Source: Gekko japonicus
Taxonomy: Eukaryota
Assembly (NCBI RefSeq): GCF_001447785.1
Contig: NW_015172561.1
Coordinates: 619,911 to 683,910 of the forward strand
DNA: 64,000 bases
Direction: 5' to 3'
In this document: positions 25,166-38,254 of the stretch, piece after piece
Layout: every line of letters starts with the position of its first letter
How positions within the stretch are numbered: position 1 is the stretch's first letter
The notes under the pieces: generated by a model
The model's input: only the letters and a program-made list of their open reading frames with translations
What the model was told of the DNA's origin: nothing
The model's database searches: none
Translations under genes and position numbers: made by a program

Positions 25166-25854
25166 TCACTAGCAAGCTGGCACAACAGTGTAGGGATTTG
25201 AACCTGGCTGTCCCAGATCCTAGGGTGACACTCTAACCACTGGCTGTCTGCAGTTAGGACACCTCTACACATTACAGTTGTTAGCCCAATGTCATATCTG
25301 AGTTTGCTGCAGTGGACAAATAGGTTGTACATGCTTATATACATTTTTAAATACCTGCGCACGTATGTCTGGGAAATCAGATTGGAACTGGATTCCCACA
25401 CATTTTTCAATTGGATATTTGGTATATTTTAATCCTGCCCATTCCCCCAAGTTGCGCAGAATGCTGTCCATTGTTTTCTCATCCTCTGTCTTATCTTCAC
25501 AACAACCTTGTGAAGTAGGCTTAGGTTTATCCGTTAGGCAAATGTAGGCTCACTCACAGCTTTAATGCTAATAGCTCACAAAGTGTGATTTTTGCTCACA
25601 AGACTCCAGAGCTTAGAGGGAACATTGCGTGTCATCTTCTCCAAACCTGGTTTAGTACAATCTTTTTGGAAAGCTCACAAACAAAGCATCTTTGCATGCT
25701 GTGTAGACAGAAGGGTCTTCATTTAGTGCTACTTACATCAGTGCCATTTTCCATTACTCTGTGCCCTTTCAGGCTTTTTTTGTTTTTAAAATGGTAATCC
25801 AAAAATTGCTGTGGCTCTATAAGGATATATCAATTACTGAGGTTTTTTGTTTAA

Positions 25855-25984
25855 GGCTGCGGTCACACACACTAAATAATCCACTTTCAATGCACTTTCC
25901 AACTGGATTTTGCCAGTTCACACTGTAAAAATCCATTTTGAAAGTGGATTGAAAGTGGATTATTTAGTGTGTGTGACCGCAGTC
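25855..25984. mobile_element. Small palindromic Harbinger-like MITE
   Basis: GGCTGCGGTCACACACACTAAATAATCCACTTTCAAT inverted at both ends; flanks TAA/TCA. Confidence 0.85.
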
Positions 25985-26084
25985 TCAGTCTGAAAAGCCC
26001 TCCAGTGGTGGTGGGAGGAAAATGGAGCTTAGGTGAGGAAGTAAGGGGGGAAACTGAAGAAGACAAGGAGGAGGAGGAGGGAGG

Positions 26085-26355
26085 AGGAAATTGGATTTAC
26101 ACCCCACCCTTCACTACCCGAAGGAGTCTCAGAGTGTCTTACAATCTCCTTTCCCTTCCCCTCCCCACAACAGACACCCTGTGAGGTAGGTGGGGCTGAG
26201 AGAGCTATTTCAAGGACTGTCCTTGAGAGAACAGCTTTGAAAGAACTTGTGACTGACCCCAGGACACACCAGCAGCTGCATGTGGAGGAGTGGGGAATCA
26301 AGCCCAGTTCTCCTAGATTAGAGTCCACGTTTCTAACCACTACACCAAACTGCTG
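26085..26355 (-). mobile_element. Squam3-like SINE
   Basis: Inverse of 18218-18462; very similar to 31796-32066. Confidence 0.85.
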
Positions 26356-27109
26356 CATGGATAATTTGTTGCTGTGTTCTCAGTGGCAATATGAGCTACA
26401 TGGGAGCAAAATCACTGTGTGGAAATAGTCATGGCCTTTTCCAGCTTAGCAAGTGCCTTTCACTGAAAACCATATCTCAAAATATTTGTGCATGCCAGTG
26501 TAATGCAACCTTCTCCCTGTAGAAGTGCTCTCTTTAATTTGTTTAGGTCATCAGTGAGGATGAACTCTGTAGCTTTGACTTCTTCTTAATAGACATTTCC
26601 ACTTCACAGAACTGCCACGTAATGTGTTTCAATGGGTCATGTCTCTGCAGGAGCCAGGCAGGAGATTGAGATGGGAAAAGGATGGCAGGTCAAGGCTGAG
26701 GCAAATTAATAGGGTAATAGGAAAACATGTGCAGCATATAGGTGAGCTGTCCCTTTTTTGCTTAGCATAATTATTGGTTTCTGACTTCCATTAAGTATGA
26801 AACCAAGATGCCTAACAAATGGTTGAGAAAGTATATCTGAAAGTAAAGGTAGCTGGTCCTTTTCAGGTTATTTGGAGCCAGAGTCTTTCATAAATATTTC
26901 TGCAACAGCCCCTCTGGTTTTCTTACAGTGACATACTGTTAGCGGTTTCATTTAATGCTGCATGACTTTTTTCCCTAGTACACTGCAAAGTTGTGTTTTG
27001 TTCTTCAGGCTCAACATTTCAAAGCCAGTTTAAGCTTCCCTGGAGTTTCATGCCATATTATTCTTGTCTTTTAAGAGTTCCATCTTGGTTGTAAATTATG
27101 TTTTATATC

Positions 27110-27930
27110 TTTCTCTAACAGCGCGCTGAAGTGTTTCCCTTCACCTCCCCAGCCGTAAGCTTGATTTTCTTTTGGTTAATTTAATGCCTCGGCAACTGGA
27201 AATAGCCTTATCAATTTCTTACACATTCTGCTTTGTTTTATTGTGGCTCATTATCTGCCGTATTGTTTTACCTAAGATTAGTACTGCACATTCCCAGAGC
27301 ATTTCTCCAGCATGGTTGGTTTCTGTGGATGTTTTGCAGGGGTTGAGAGAACCTCCCCTTTGTCATTTTGCACATGTTTGGCTGATGGTTGCTTGCCTGC
27401 TGTTTGAATGGCCCATTATAATATTGTTTTAGTATTTTCACATACTGGATTATCTGCTTAGTCGTTATTTCCTCTAGAGTTTGTTTCTGCACCCCCATCT
27501 TCTATTCTCTCTTGAAGTACATCCAGCTTTCTTTTTGCCAGTTTATATGCATTGATTCGTAATGCTATTCCAGTCTTGATCTTTTCAAAAGGCAGCTGAA
27601 TTTTAAGATACAAACATACATATTTATTCCATAAATCTTGGAGCATCAAGCACTACACAATTGACTTAAGCAAGGTGACTTTTAAGGTTTTACTGTCTTG
27701 CAAGTCTCTTCTTTGCACCTTCAGATTCTGAACTTTCCTTCCTACAATCCCCCAGTTTTAGCAGTCTTTTGATGCTCCCATTGTATCCTTCATTTTTTTG
27801 AAATTGAATTCTACACTGGCTGTGTATTTCCATGTTTTCTTTATGCTCTGCCTTGCAGTGGAGACTTTAAACCATTTACACTCTTTGGATCTTGTTATTT
27901 ACATTCCCCCCACCACCATTTTCTTTCCTG
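27110..27930 (-). mobile_element. Highly decayed Tc1-like transposase
   Basis: Ordered weak motifs across frames: VSTARQSIKKTWK (HTH-like), an NDPKH.AK.TKEWF-like nucleotide stretch, STETNHAGEMLWE (compare SPDLNPIENLW) and KAISSCRGIKL..KLTAGEVKGNTS* (compare the Tc1 C-terminus). Confidence 0.45.
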
Positions 27931-28043
27931 TAATATCTATCACTCATTCGTTTCCATATGTTTTCTTTTTTTAAAAAAACTTTCTAATCAGGACTGTATC
28001 TTCTAGAAATGATTTATGAAAGTCATGAATCAAAATCACCATG

Positions 28044-28485
28044 GGCTCCAGTCACACGGGAGGTTTAGGGCCGGAAGAGGGATGGATCGGGGGCACAGCA
28101 AACGGGCACGATCTCACTGCAACATCTGGGAAGCGCCGCACACCCGTCCCTGATCCGGCCCTTCAGGCCGAAAATCCGCAGTGAAAACAAACCACCTACA
28201 GAGGTGGACTTACCAGAAAGGCCGCGGCAAGCGTGGCCGTGGGATCGCTGGCGCATCCTTCTGCCAGCGCATCCAAGGTTCCTGGCCAAACTGCGCTTGC
28301 GCACACATGCGCAGCCAGCTGCCTCGGTCTCCCATCGGTGGCTTCCTCCCCGGCATCTGATCGTGCCAGGGAGCAATGGTGCGGCGGCTCAGGGGATGTG
28401 TGATCCCGCCTCCGTGTGTCTCTTTTGGTGCGGCTCTGAATAGCTGCACTTTGGCCGTGTTTTTTTCTGCCGTGTGGCAGGGGCC
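28044..28485. mobile_element. PIF/Harbinger-like MITE with 3-bp TSD
   Basis: TIR GGCTCCAGTCACAC / GTGTGGCAGGGGCC; ATG on both flanks. Confidence 0.8.
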
Positions 28486-28819
28486 ATGCTTAACCAAGAG
28501 ATAGCATGCTACTGGTTCTACTGCGATGTTCCAACCCCACCCCCGATTGTTTTATCTTTTTGAGCACTAGGAAAGGAATTGGAAGTATTAGTCTGCAGGT
28601 ACAACTGCTTCTCATCTGTTGGAAAATATTTCACATAAACTCAGGAGCACTAAAAGGATGCACACTGCAAGTGTCTTCAGGAGTGTCCCCCCCCCCTCTC
28701 TGTATTTCCTCTCCTTTGTGCATCATCTCTAGGCTTACTATTCTTCTACAAGAACCCAGTACAACTTTGGGGTCTGAATTTCTATTCATGCAGAAACTTT
28801 CAGGATGATGGGTGAACAC

Positions 28820-29020
28820 ATGAAGCTGCCTTATTCTGAATTAGGCCCTTGGTCCATCAAGGTCATTATTGTCCACGCAGACAGGCAGTGGCTTTCGAGA
28901 TTCTTATGCAGAAGTCTTTCACATCACCTACTGCCAGATTCTTTAAACTGGAGATTCCCCGGACTGAACCTGGGACCTTCTGCATGCTAAGCAGAGGTTT
29001 TACCACTGAGCCATGGCCCC
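28820..29020 (-). mobile_element. tRNA-derived SINE (Squam2-like), near full length
   Basis: Minus strand GGGGCCATGGCTCAGTGGTAAA...GGTCCCAGGTTCAGTCC...TAAGGCAGCTTCAT. Confidence 0.8.
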
Positions 29021-30631
29021 TCCACTTTATTGTTTTACATTTCTAGTTCTAGTGTATACACCACACTATGCTGTACATCTACTAAGGCCAAAGGCATCCA
29101 CAGAAACAATTCCAGGGATGGGGGCAAAGTCTGTTCATGCAGATCAGTAACTTGGGGGGGGAATGCCCCCTTTGGCCCCAGAAGACACCATGACTAAGGC
29201 TGCAATCTTAAGAACACTTTCCTGGGAGTAAGCCTCATTTCATAAAATAGAATTTACTTCTGCATAGACTTGCTTAGGATTATTCTCATAGGTTCTTGCA
29301 GGTTTGTATTCTGTAAGGTCTCTCTGTTTGAGCCTTCTTCCATCCCTGAGTTAAGACATTGACCTTCGGAGATGAAGTGGATGGTTTTTTAGTAACAAAA
29401 TGTAGACTAAAAAGTTAAAGAAGTAAAATTTTCACAAACCAAGTCCTTATTTAACTTCAGATGTACTCAAAGTCTTGTACCTGGTGGCAGTTTACCTCCT
29501 TCCCTCAGCCAACAGCACCAGGACAGGCAGCTGGGGATGGAGCATGTGAAGCAGGCAGACTTCTCCTCAGGCTAAACTCTGAGCTGCTGCGTGCCCTTAT
29601 CATAGCCCCCCTTCTTCCCCACCCCTGCTGTGCACCCCTGCTATAGGCCAAAGAACTTCATTCCAATGTTTGTACAGTTCTCAAGAAAAGACAGATTCTG
29701 TGGGTTTAAGTTTTGCCCTCATTTGTGTGCCCTTTGATTTGTTCAGAATGGATCAGCATGGGACTGGTGTTAAGAGATGTTCCAGAAGGTGGCTGCAGGA
29801 ACCACAGTCATGTTCTTCCTGAACATAGGCAAGCTTTTTTTGTGTGTGTGTGCAAATGTAGTATTTCAGCATCTTAAAGCTTTAAAAGGACATTCTTTGC
29901 CTGAAGGTCAAGCATGCGAAATGAGTTCAATTTCTTAGTTTGTATTTATTTTTTTCCCTTCCCTGCCAGAAATGTGCACCCTGCTGAGCTGAGCAACTGT
30001 GCTTATATTTGTGGAGGTAAAGGCTGTTACTATTTGATTGATTATTATAAAGCAAAGGGCTGGATGCATATGGCACTGTGAGCCCCAGAGACACAAGGAG
30101 AAGATGCTCAGTCCCTGCTAGATTCCACCACAATATGTAAATTACTCTCTTCGTACCTTTTGACTTTAAAACTTGCTCATGAAATAACTTGGGACTTCTT
30201 TCCTAGGGAGCTTTCCCACTTTTTCATCCACTTCCCTGTACTTCAGGTTCTTCATGTGTAAAATGACAATAATCAAGGTGATCTATATTTTGCAAGAGTG
30301 TTTTTCTTGCAGTTTTGTGGGAATACTGGGACTGTGGGAACAGGAGAAAATTCAACATTTTGAATTCCCAACATAAAAACATGATATAACTACAGTTTCT
30401 GCTGTTTCTACAATCAGCGTCTGGTTGTGGATATGAGTCCCTGGGGAAATATAGAATGCAAAGAGTTAAGTGGTTACTGTTTGAGGTGTGCTACTCAAAT
30501 TAGTACATTGGCATGGAGGCAAGGAGACACATTAAACACTTTCTTAAAATAGATCCAACAAGGTGAAACAATAGGATGATTGCTATATATTACAACTCAT
30601 TTTGCATGCTTTTTCTTCAGTCGTTAAATAA

Positions 30632-31372
30632 ATCATAGAATCATAGAGTTGGAAGGTACCTCTAGGGTCATCTAGTCCAACCCCCTGTCAATGCTGGAAA
30701 TTCACAAATATCTCCCCCCCCCACTCCCAGTAACCACTGTTCCATGCCCAGAAAACAAAAAACCTCCAGGATCTCCAGCCAAACTGACCTGGAAAAAAGT
30801 GTGGCAATCAGCATTTCCCTGGACATGTAAAAAAGGGCCACAGGAACTAAGCACTGATGCAATTCTTGCTGCCCTCCCTCTCATGATCTGCCTAAGTTCA
30901 CAGAATCAGCATTGCTGTCAGATGGCCATCTAGTCTCTGTTTGAAAACCTCCAAAAAAGGAGAGCCCACCACCTCCCGAGAAAACCTGTTCCACTGAGGA
31001 ACCACTCTGTCAAGAAGTTCTTCCTATTGTTTAGCCGAAAACTCTTCTGATTTAATTTCAACCTGTTGGTTCTGGTTTGACCTTCTGGGGCAACAGAAAA
31101 CAACTCCATATCATCCCCTGTATGACAGCCCTTCAAGAACTTGAAAATGGTTATCATATCACTTCTCAGTCATCTCTTTTCCAAGTTAAACATACCCAGT
31201 TCCTTCAACCTTTCTTCATAGGACTTGGTCTCCAGACTCCTCACCATCTTCATTGCCCTCCTGTGGACACATTCCATCTTGTCTATATACTTCTTAAATT
31301 GTGGTGCCCAAAACTGAACACAATACTCTAGGTGAGGTCTAACCAGAGCAGAGTAAATCAATACCAGAGTAA
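30632..31372 (-). mobile_element. CR1 LINE 3' end
   Basis: [22 protein letters not shown]...[12 protein letters not shown]; (ATTCTATG)n tail. Confidence 0.95.
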
Positions 31373-31795
31373 AGCAATACATTGATAGTCATTGGACTTT
31401 TCTCCTGATTTGATTCCCAAGGACTGGAGCACTGTTTGAATGTTTGGAAGAGCTTCAGGATCCATGGTGAGCATCAGTCTACATTTTTTAAATATAAGGT
31501 GGCTACAGCTGTGAAGCTGGAGTGAAATGAGAATACCCTCAACTTTCAATGCAGTTAGAAAAGCAGAGATTTGGTTGGAGGTGGAGATGTACTTTATAGT
31601 ACCATATCTTACATATATTACCAGATGAAGTATTGTATGATAAGGATACCTTATAGTATAAAGAGGAATTCAGGTATAAACATCAGTACCCAATGTATAT
31701 ATATAACGTTTGAGTCCAGTGGCACCTTCAAGACCAACACAATTTTATTCTGGGTATAAGCTTTAATGTTAGGGTTGCCAGCCTCCAGAAGCAGC

Positions 31796-32066
31796 AGCCG
31801 CAATTGGATTTATACCCTGCCCTTCACTACTTGAAGGAGTCTCAGAGCGACCCACAATCCCTTTCACTTCCCCTCCCCACAACAGACACCCTGTGACGTA
31901 GGTGGGGCTGAGAGAGCTCTCTTGAGAACTGCCCTTGAGAGAACAGCTCTGAAAAAACTTATGACTGACCCAAGGTCACACCAGCAGCTGCATGTGGAGG
32001 AGTGGGGAATCAAACCCAGTTCTCCCAGATTAGAGCCCACGTTTCTAACCACTACACCAAACTGCC
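31796..32066 (-). mobile_element. Squam3-like SINE
   Basis: Same family as 26085-26355. Confidence 0.85.
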
Positions 32067-33696
32067 TCTCTTGCTCACTTGCCCCAACGTCAACAGCAGA
32101 TAAAAATTCTGCGACTTCAGTATTTAATTTCTGTCCCCAAGTTCTCTTTTTTGGTGTGTATTATATGTTGCCCGGCCCAAGAATGAATATATTATGAATA
32201 TTACATTAATTTACGGTTATATAACAGCACACTAGGATTGTCATTTCAAATCAACCCATGAGCCAATGTAATGATCTTAATGTGCTGCCTACATGTATAT
32301 CTGCACTGAATTAAACAGTAATTTGGTAGTCTTCTCTGTTAAATGTAGCTGGATCGCTAGTTAGCATGATAGGCCCAGGCAAATGTATTGTGTTACAGTG
32401 GCAGAGAGAATTCCCCACAGCGAATACACTGGCATTTGACTTGATTCTCCCTGAAAAATTAACTCAGCAAGCCTTTTAAGCTGAAGGACCAAATGCATGT
32501 TATAGTTATTTCTGTAAATGCTAACATACAGTGGTTTCATATTTTGGTGCTGGTATATAAGGTGCCCTAATCTAGAGAAGAGCAGATCATGACTTCAACG
32601 GAAGCACGAGACACTATTGGCTCACAGTAAATCTGGTTAGTCCGATCAGGAGAGAGTGGCAGGCTGCTTTGTTCAGCTCCACCCTCTCATCTACAGCGTT
32701 TTGGCTGCAGCTGACCCACCCAGCTTCCCTATGGTCAGTGTGGGACTAGCTGGTTGCTATACTTAAGAATTCTGGGTTGTTTTTTTTTACCAGATTGGCT
32801 ATGAGTGAAGCCATTTTTTCGCCTGCTCTGTGCTGCCTCTGTGGACAGGGATTTTCCCCATTAAATAGGGTAGTTGTAAAATGGGTTAGGCCACAACTAG
32901 TTGGGAGGAATAGAGTGGGTTCCTCGGGATAGGTAGGGCTAATGAGAAAGCGCCCTGAGGTGTCTGGTGTGATGCGGAGGGGTGCCCGGGACAGGCCATC
33001 ACATGCTTTGTGGCTGGGTGTGCTGTGAAGGAGCACCCTTGGTGGCTGAGCGGCATCTTCTGAACCCGGTAGCAGCCTTGCAGCACATCAGGGAAGAGGG
33101 ATGAAGCTTGGCACCTCTCTGTACATACGGCTGCACAGGTGGTGATAAGCAAGGCCACTGGCTGAGTTTGGCGCTGGGATGGAGCTGTCCAAAAAGCGGA
33201 CCAGGCGGATGCCTCGCACAGCCAGCCCTCAAAACCATCAGCTTATTGAAATAAGCAGTGAGGTACATCAGCCATTTGGTTAATTTTAATAATGTTAAAT
33301 AAATAAAAACTAGTTGGACCCGCTTTTTGTTGTTGTGCCATCTGGGGGGGGGGGCCCTGCTGGGGCAATGTGACCTTGATTGGGAATTGTGACAGACAGG
33401 CTGTGCAGTGTGTGTTGGTTTTGAGATATAAACTGTTGCCCCTGTTCCTCTTTATTGCTTAAATTTGATCCTGAAGTAATTTTTTATAACCTGCTCCAGG
33501 CCAGTTAAGCAGTGCTTTGGAAACCTGCGCTACAGAAAGCAACACATTTCCAACACATTCTTAATGTAGTTGGAAATATTTAGTCTCACTTGCTTTAACC
33601 CCCTGAAGAGACCATTTTAGGTTAAGCAATAAGATTGCAAAATAACACAGGAATCCAGGGGCACATTAGAAATTAACAGAATGTACCGTAACACAG

Positions 33697-33767
33697 GAGG
33701 GCCTGGCATGATCTGGTCCATGGGGTCGCGAAGAGTCGGACTCGACTGTGCGACTCAACAACAACAA
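33697..33767 (+). mobile_element. BovB (RTE) 3' terminal fragment inserted in a Penelope-derived repeat
   Basis: GGCCTGGC..GTCCATGGGGTCGCGAAGAGTCGGAC..CGACT..(CAA)n. Confidence 0.85.
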
Positions 33768-35010
33768 CTGTAACATAAGCTTTCATGAATCAGAGCTCAC
33801 TTCATGAGATGCATGAAGAACACATCCATTTGATCAATCCATTTATATTCACAAAAGACAGTGTGTGGGGAAGAGAAGTGGGGGGCGTGCCCAGTTGCTC
33901 TTAGGCAAAGCAGTATCTAGTCCACAATGCAACACAATAACTTGATAAATAGGCTGTTACAGAATTGTAGTGGAACTAATTAACATTTGTAAAGGGGATA
34001 GTAAGCCATCCCAGGTCCTTGGGGTAAGTAGTATTGAACTTAATAGTGAATTCTAACTCAGCAGTTTTGCACTGAAGATTTTAACTTACTTTTTTTTTGC
34101 ACAAGCACAGTGATTTAAATGGTGGCAGAAAGGACTTGCTCACTCAAGCCAAATGTCTGAACAGTAAAAGGAACTACTTCCTGCAAGACAGGTATATTGA
34201 GTCATCTTGATGCTTAAGACAGCACTTCTTCAAGGAAACATATGAAGTACAGGGAAGAAGAAGACAAATTGCCGTCTTGTGCATACAGCTGACAAATGGC
34301 GTGTTTCAAAGAGGATTAACGCTTTTTCGCTTCCTTTAGGTGCTACATCTGTACATCTGAAATAACTCTGAATACCAGAAGATGAAATAGCAGGACCTTG
34401 TAAAAATGAAGCTGTGAGAAAACAGGATTAAAAATAATATATCTTTTTTTTCAATTCAAGCTTAATGATTCAACAAGTTTTTTCCTAGTAGACTAGTGAC
34501 TTCAGGTTACACAGAACTAAGATTGCTACCTCCCTGTTTGCTCCACACAAACATCAGGATCTACTTTCTTATTTTTAACTGGTTTTTTTAAATTTAATAT
34601 TAAAAAAAAGAACTAAGATTGCCAGGTGTCTGGTATTGACCTGGACAGCCCAGTATTTTCACTGACTATCCAAGAAAAAAATACTGGACAGTTAAATGTC
34701 CAGTATTTTTTTTAGTGTTTCCCCCAAAAACAGTCAATACAAATACTTGACTGTCCAGATGAACTGACAACTCTACCAAGCCCAAACAGTGGAGCAGACT
34801 GGGCATGGAGGAGGCAATGCCAAGGCAGCCCAAGCAAAACAGCACTGGGGCTGGGGCTCCTCCAAGTGTAAACAGTGTGAAGGATGCTGTTTGCTCTGGG
34901 AGGAGGTGGCACAGAACCCGAGCTTGAAGCAGCAGCTGATGCTGCTTCCTGTTGGGGCTGTGTGCTTCTCCCAGTGCAAACAACATGAGGGAAGAGGAGA
35001 GGCAGTATTA

Positions 35011-36801
35011 AGAACATAAGAACATAAGAGAAGCCAATGTTGGATCAGGCCAATGGCCTATCCAGTCCAACACTCTGTGTACTGTCTTGGCTGGCTGCCA
35101 CAGAGACCACACACTGGAAGCTTGTAAACACAGTCCAGAATCAAGGTCAGTCAGAGCCAAAAATCAAAGAGCCAGAAAGTCAATTCAAGGAGCGACTGGT
35201 ACACACACGCAGGAGCAGGTCTGAGTGAGCAAAGTTGCTGCTGTGTTGAACGAGGTGCACTGAGTGCTTTTGAACAGGTCCTTCCTTCCCTGGGGTTGAG
35301 TCTGCAAAGGCTTACAGCTCTTCCCTCTGCCTCTGCGGGAGCTGGAGTCTGACACTCCTTCTTCACTCCTGCATAGTCAGCCTCTGGCGTGCCCTATGTC
35401 TGGGGCACTCGGGAGAACTAGGCAAGGAGTCTGGCCTTGGGGTGTCTGCAACTGGGGATGCTGGGCCAGGCTCAGGATTGGCTTCTCCTTCTGGCTGCAC
35501 CTCCTGTGCAGCTGCTGGGGACTCTTCCTCTTCAGGTATAGTTGAGGGTTCTTCTTCTGGGCTGACTCCAGAGGAGGCTGGGCTGCTCCATGCCTCTTCC
35601 TCATCTGAGGAGTAGTCAGCCCCAGCAGACCTAGTACCCACACAGTGGCCAAAAATACCAGGGGCTATCAGGAGGTCCAGCAGTGTGGCCAGGACACTAG
35701 AAGCCCTCCCACTGTTGCATCCCCAAGCACCAAGAAGACAGTGCATCACTTGCCGCAGCCTGAGAGCTCCTGTCTATACCTTGTGGCTAAACCACTGATG
35801 GATTTCTGCTCCATAAGCTTATCTTATTCCCTTTTGAAGCTGTCCATGCTTGTAGCTGCCACCACCTCCTGTGGCAGTGAATTCAATGTGTTAATCACTC
35901 TTTAGGTGAAGAAGTACTTCCTTTTATCTGTTCTAACCCAACTGCTCAACAATTTCATTAAGTGCCCACGAGTTCTTGTATTGTGAGAAAGGGAGAAAAG
36001 TACTTCTTTCTTGACCTGCTCTATCCTATGCATAATTTTATAAACCTCGATCCTGTCACCCCTCAGCCGTCGTTTCTCCAAGCTAAAGAGCCCCAGGCAT
36101 TTTAAGCTTTGTTCAATATAGTTAGGATTTTTGGCCCCAATGTGCATCACTTTGCACTTGGCCACATTGAACCCCATTTGCCACATTGATGCCCACTCGC
36201 CCATCCTCGACAGATCCCTTTGGAATGCCTCACAATCCTCCCTGGTTTTCACCACCCTGAACAATTTTGTGTCATCCACAAATTTAGCCACTTCGTTGCT
36301 TACTCCCAACTCCAAATCATTAATGAACAGGTTAAAAAGCATCGGTCTCAGTACTGATCCGTGTGGTACCCCACTGCTTACGACCCTCCACTGAGAAAAT
36401 TGCCCATTTATACTCACTCTTTGCTTCCTATTAATTAGCCAGTTTTTGATCCACAAAAGGACTTGTCCTTTTATCCCACAACTATTGAGTTTACTTAGGA
36501 GCCTTTAATGAGGAACTTTATCAAAAGCTTTCTGGAAGTTAAGGTAAACAACATCTGTTGGGTCCCCCTTGTCCACATGTTTGTTCACTCCCTCAAAGAA
36601 CACTAACAGGTTAGTGAGACAAGATCTTCGCTTACAGAACCCATGCTGAGTCTGCCTCAATAGTTTTTGTTCGTCAATGTGCCCACTAATTTTTTCCTGA
36701 ATAACAGTTTCCGCCAACTTACCCGGTATTGACGTCAGACTGACTGGCCTGTAATTTCCCGGATCTCCTCTGGAACCCCTTTTAAAGATGGGAATGACAT
36801 C
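35011..36801 (-). mobile_element. CR1 LINE RT region and 3' UTR, with an internal deletion
   Basis: QHGFCKRRSCLTNLL..VYLNFQKAFDKVPH; WIKNWL..KQRV..SGVPHGSVL..FINDL..KFVDDTKL; (TTCTTATG)n tail. Confidence 0.95.
35083..35633 (-). mobile_element. Solo LTR-like insertion inside the CR1 3' UTR
   Basis: Interrupts the CR1 tail (compare the uninterrupted copy at 24120-24135); 4-bp TSD GTAC; begins with TGTC; contains an acidic ...RRSVRL pseudo-ORF of the type seen in Gypsy LTRs. Confidence 0.7.
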
Positions 36802-38254
36802 TAGTGTGAAACAACAGCCTCTGCTGCTGCTGCTCTATGCTGGGTGCTCCTCCCAGCGCAAACAATGTGCTTCTCGCTGTCTGTGCTGGGCAAGGGGAGG
36901 CAGCACCGAGTCTGAGCATGGAACAGGAGCTGTTTGTGCTGGGAGGAAGCAGGAGTCTGGTGTTTTTGAAACAACCCTACAGAGAACTTGCAGGTTAGTT
37001 GTGAGAATAGTTGTGTTGACAGCCCAGCATAAATGGGCAAAGGAGTTCAACTCACAGTGGATGCCAAAGATAGGCTTCGAGCAACATGAAAGCAAAGGTC
37101 TGCTGATTGATTGTGTTGGTGGAAAACTCAGTATAACCCCATTAGAAGTAACGTTCTTTTACTTCTAACCTGTTCTATGGTTTGGAAATGCCGGTGGTGG
37201 GAATATGAAAGCTGTGTATAATTTTATCTCATGACAGTTTCAATAACCTCATTATTTCTGGTGGTCATTATAACATCAGTGGTAACTTCTTTGGGATCAT
37301 ATACATGACTGAGCACAATCGCAGTTATTAACAAGAGTGACAATTAATGTGTTCTTCTATGAATACTTCTAAGTATGTTCTCAGCCATAATAAGAAGAAA
37401 CAGGACATGCCTTACAAAAAGGAAAGTCTGTTCTTTTTCCGGCTTCTGTGTTATTGCAGAATATACACTGCCCTATATATAAAACATAGCCCTAAAAGGA
37501 ACTGGGTTCAACTCTGATCACACCAACAAGACCAACCTCAGGGAAGTACACCATCAGTGTTCGGCTCGTTGAGTCAGGGTTTAAGAGACATGAAAATGTG
37601 GGAAATTGTCAGGTGGATTTTTCTCCTCAGGCACCAAAATACTCCTTCCTAATTGGTATAACATCAGTGGCAGCCTCACCACTAGCAGTCCTGCTGCTGA
37701 TTTCAATGCAGATGCCCCCCCCAAGCATCCTGACTGTGCTCTACAGCCTATAAGACGATTGTAGCAGAGACCACATGCCTTCTTCTGTTCTTATTCATAT
37801 GATGTGGCCCGTTTTATCTTTTGTGCATCACACCCTGCCCAGATCCATTGTATCTGTGGAATAAGTGTAAAGATGTAAATGCTTTGTGGCTAGGTGGACT
37901 TGGATCTGTGAGTGGGAAGTCCCTAGTGAGGGTCATCTGAAATCAATAGCAGTTTGATTTTTGAACCACTCTTCCAGGTGACGGCTAATGGGGCAGGCAC
38001 AAAATGTTGATGGAAAACAAAGCACATTTAAGACAGGGTATCAGGTTCATATGTAACGTGAAACCGTGGTAACTGTGGTTAAAGAAAATCTTCATATATC
38101 CTAGTTTCAGATGCTGACCTGAGGTATCATAACTGACCATTGATTTGGATGATCAGATGGTTAGTTTAATTAAACTGTGGCTTTGTATTCTGTCAGTCTC
38201 AGGTAATAGCTTCTGCCAACACCAAAGATCAAGATCTAAAGATATTGTTGAGAT

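Larger units (their letters stand above)
34614..36980. mobile_element. hAT-like element (TAAGATTGCC...CAACCCTA) hosting a CR1 and an LTR insertion
   Basis: Degenerate TIRs; related internal subrepeats on both sides of the CR1 (34935-34985 vs 36820-36870); flanks AAAAGAAC/CAGAGAAC. Confidence 0.5.

Noticed and set aside
32740-33534. GC-rich block ending GCTACA, a possible solo LTR
   Set aside because: No TSD or clear 5' end could be defined.
35363-35749. Acidic/proline-rich 128-aa ORF
   Set aside because: It spans a CR1 tail and an LTR insertion, so it is not a host exon.
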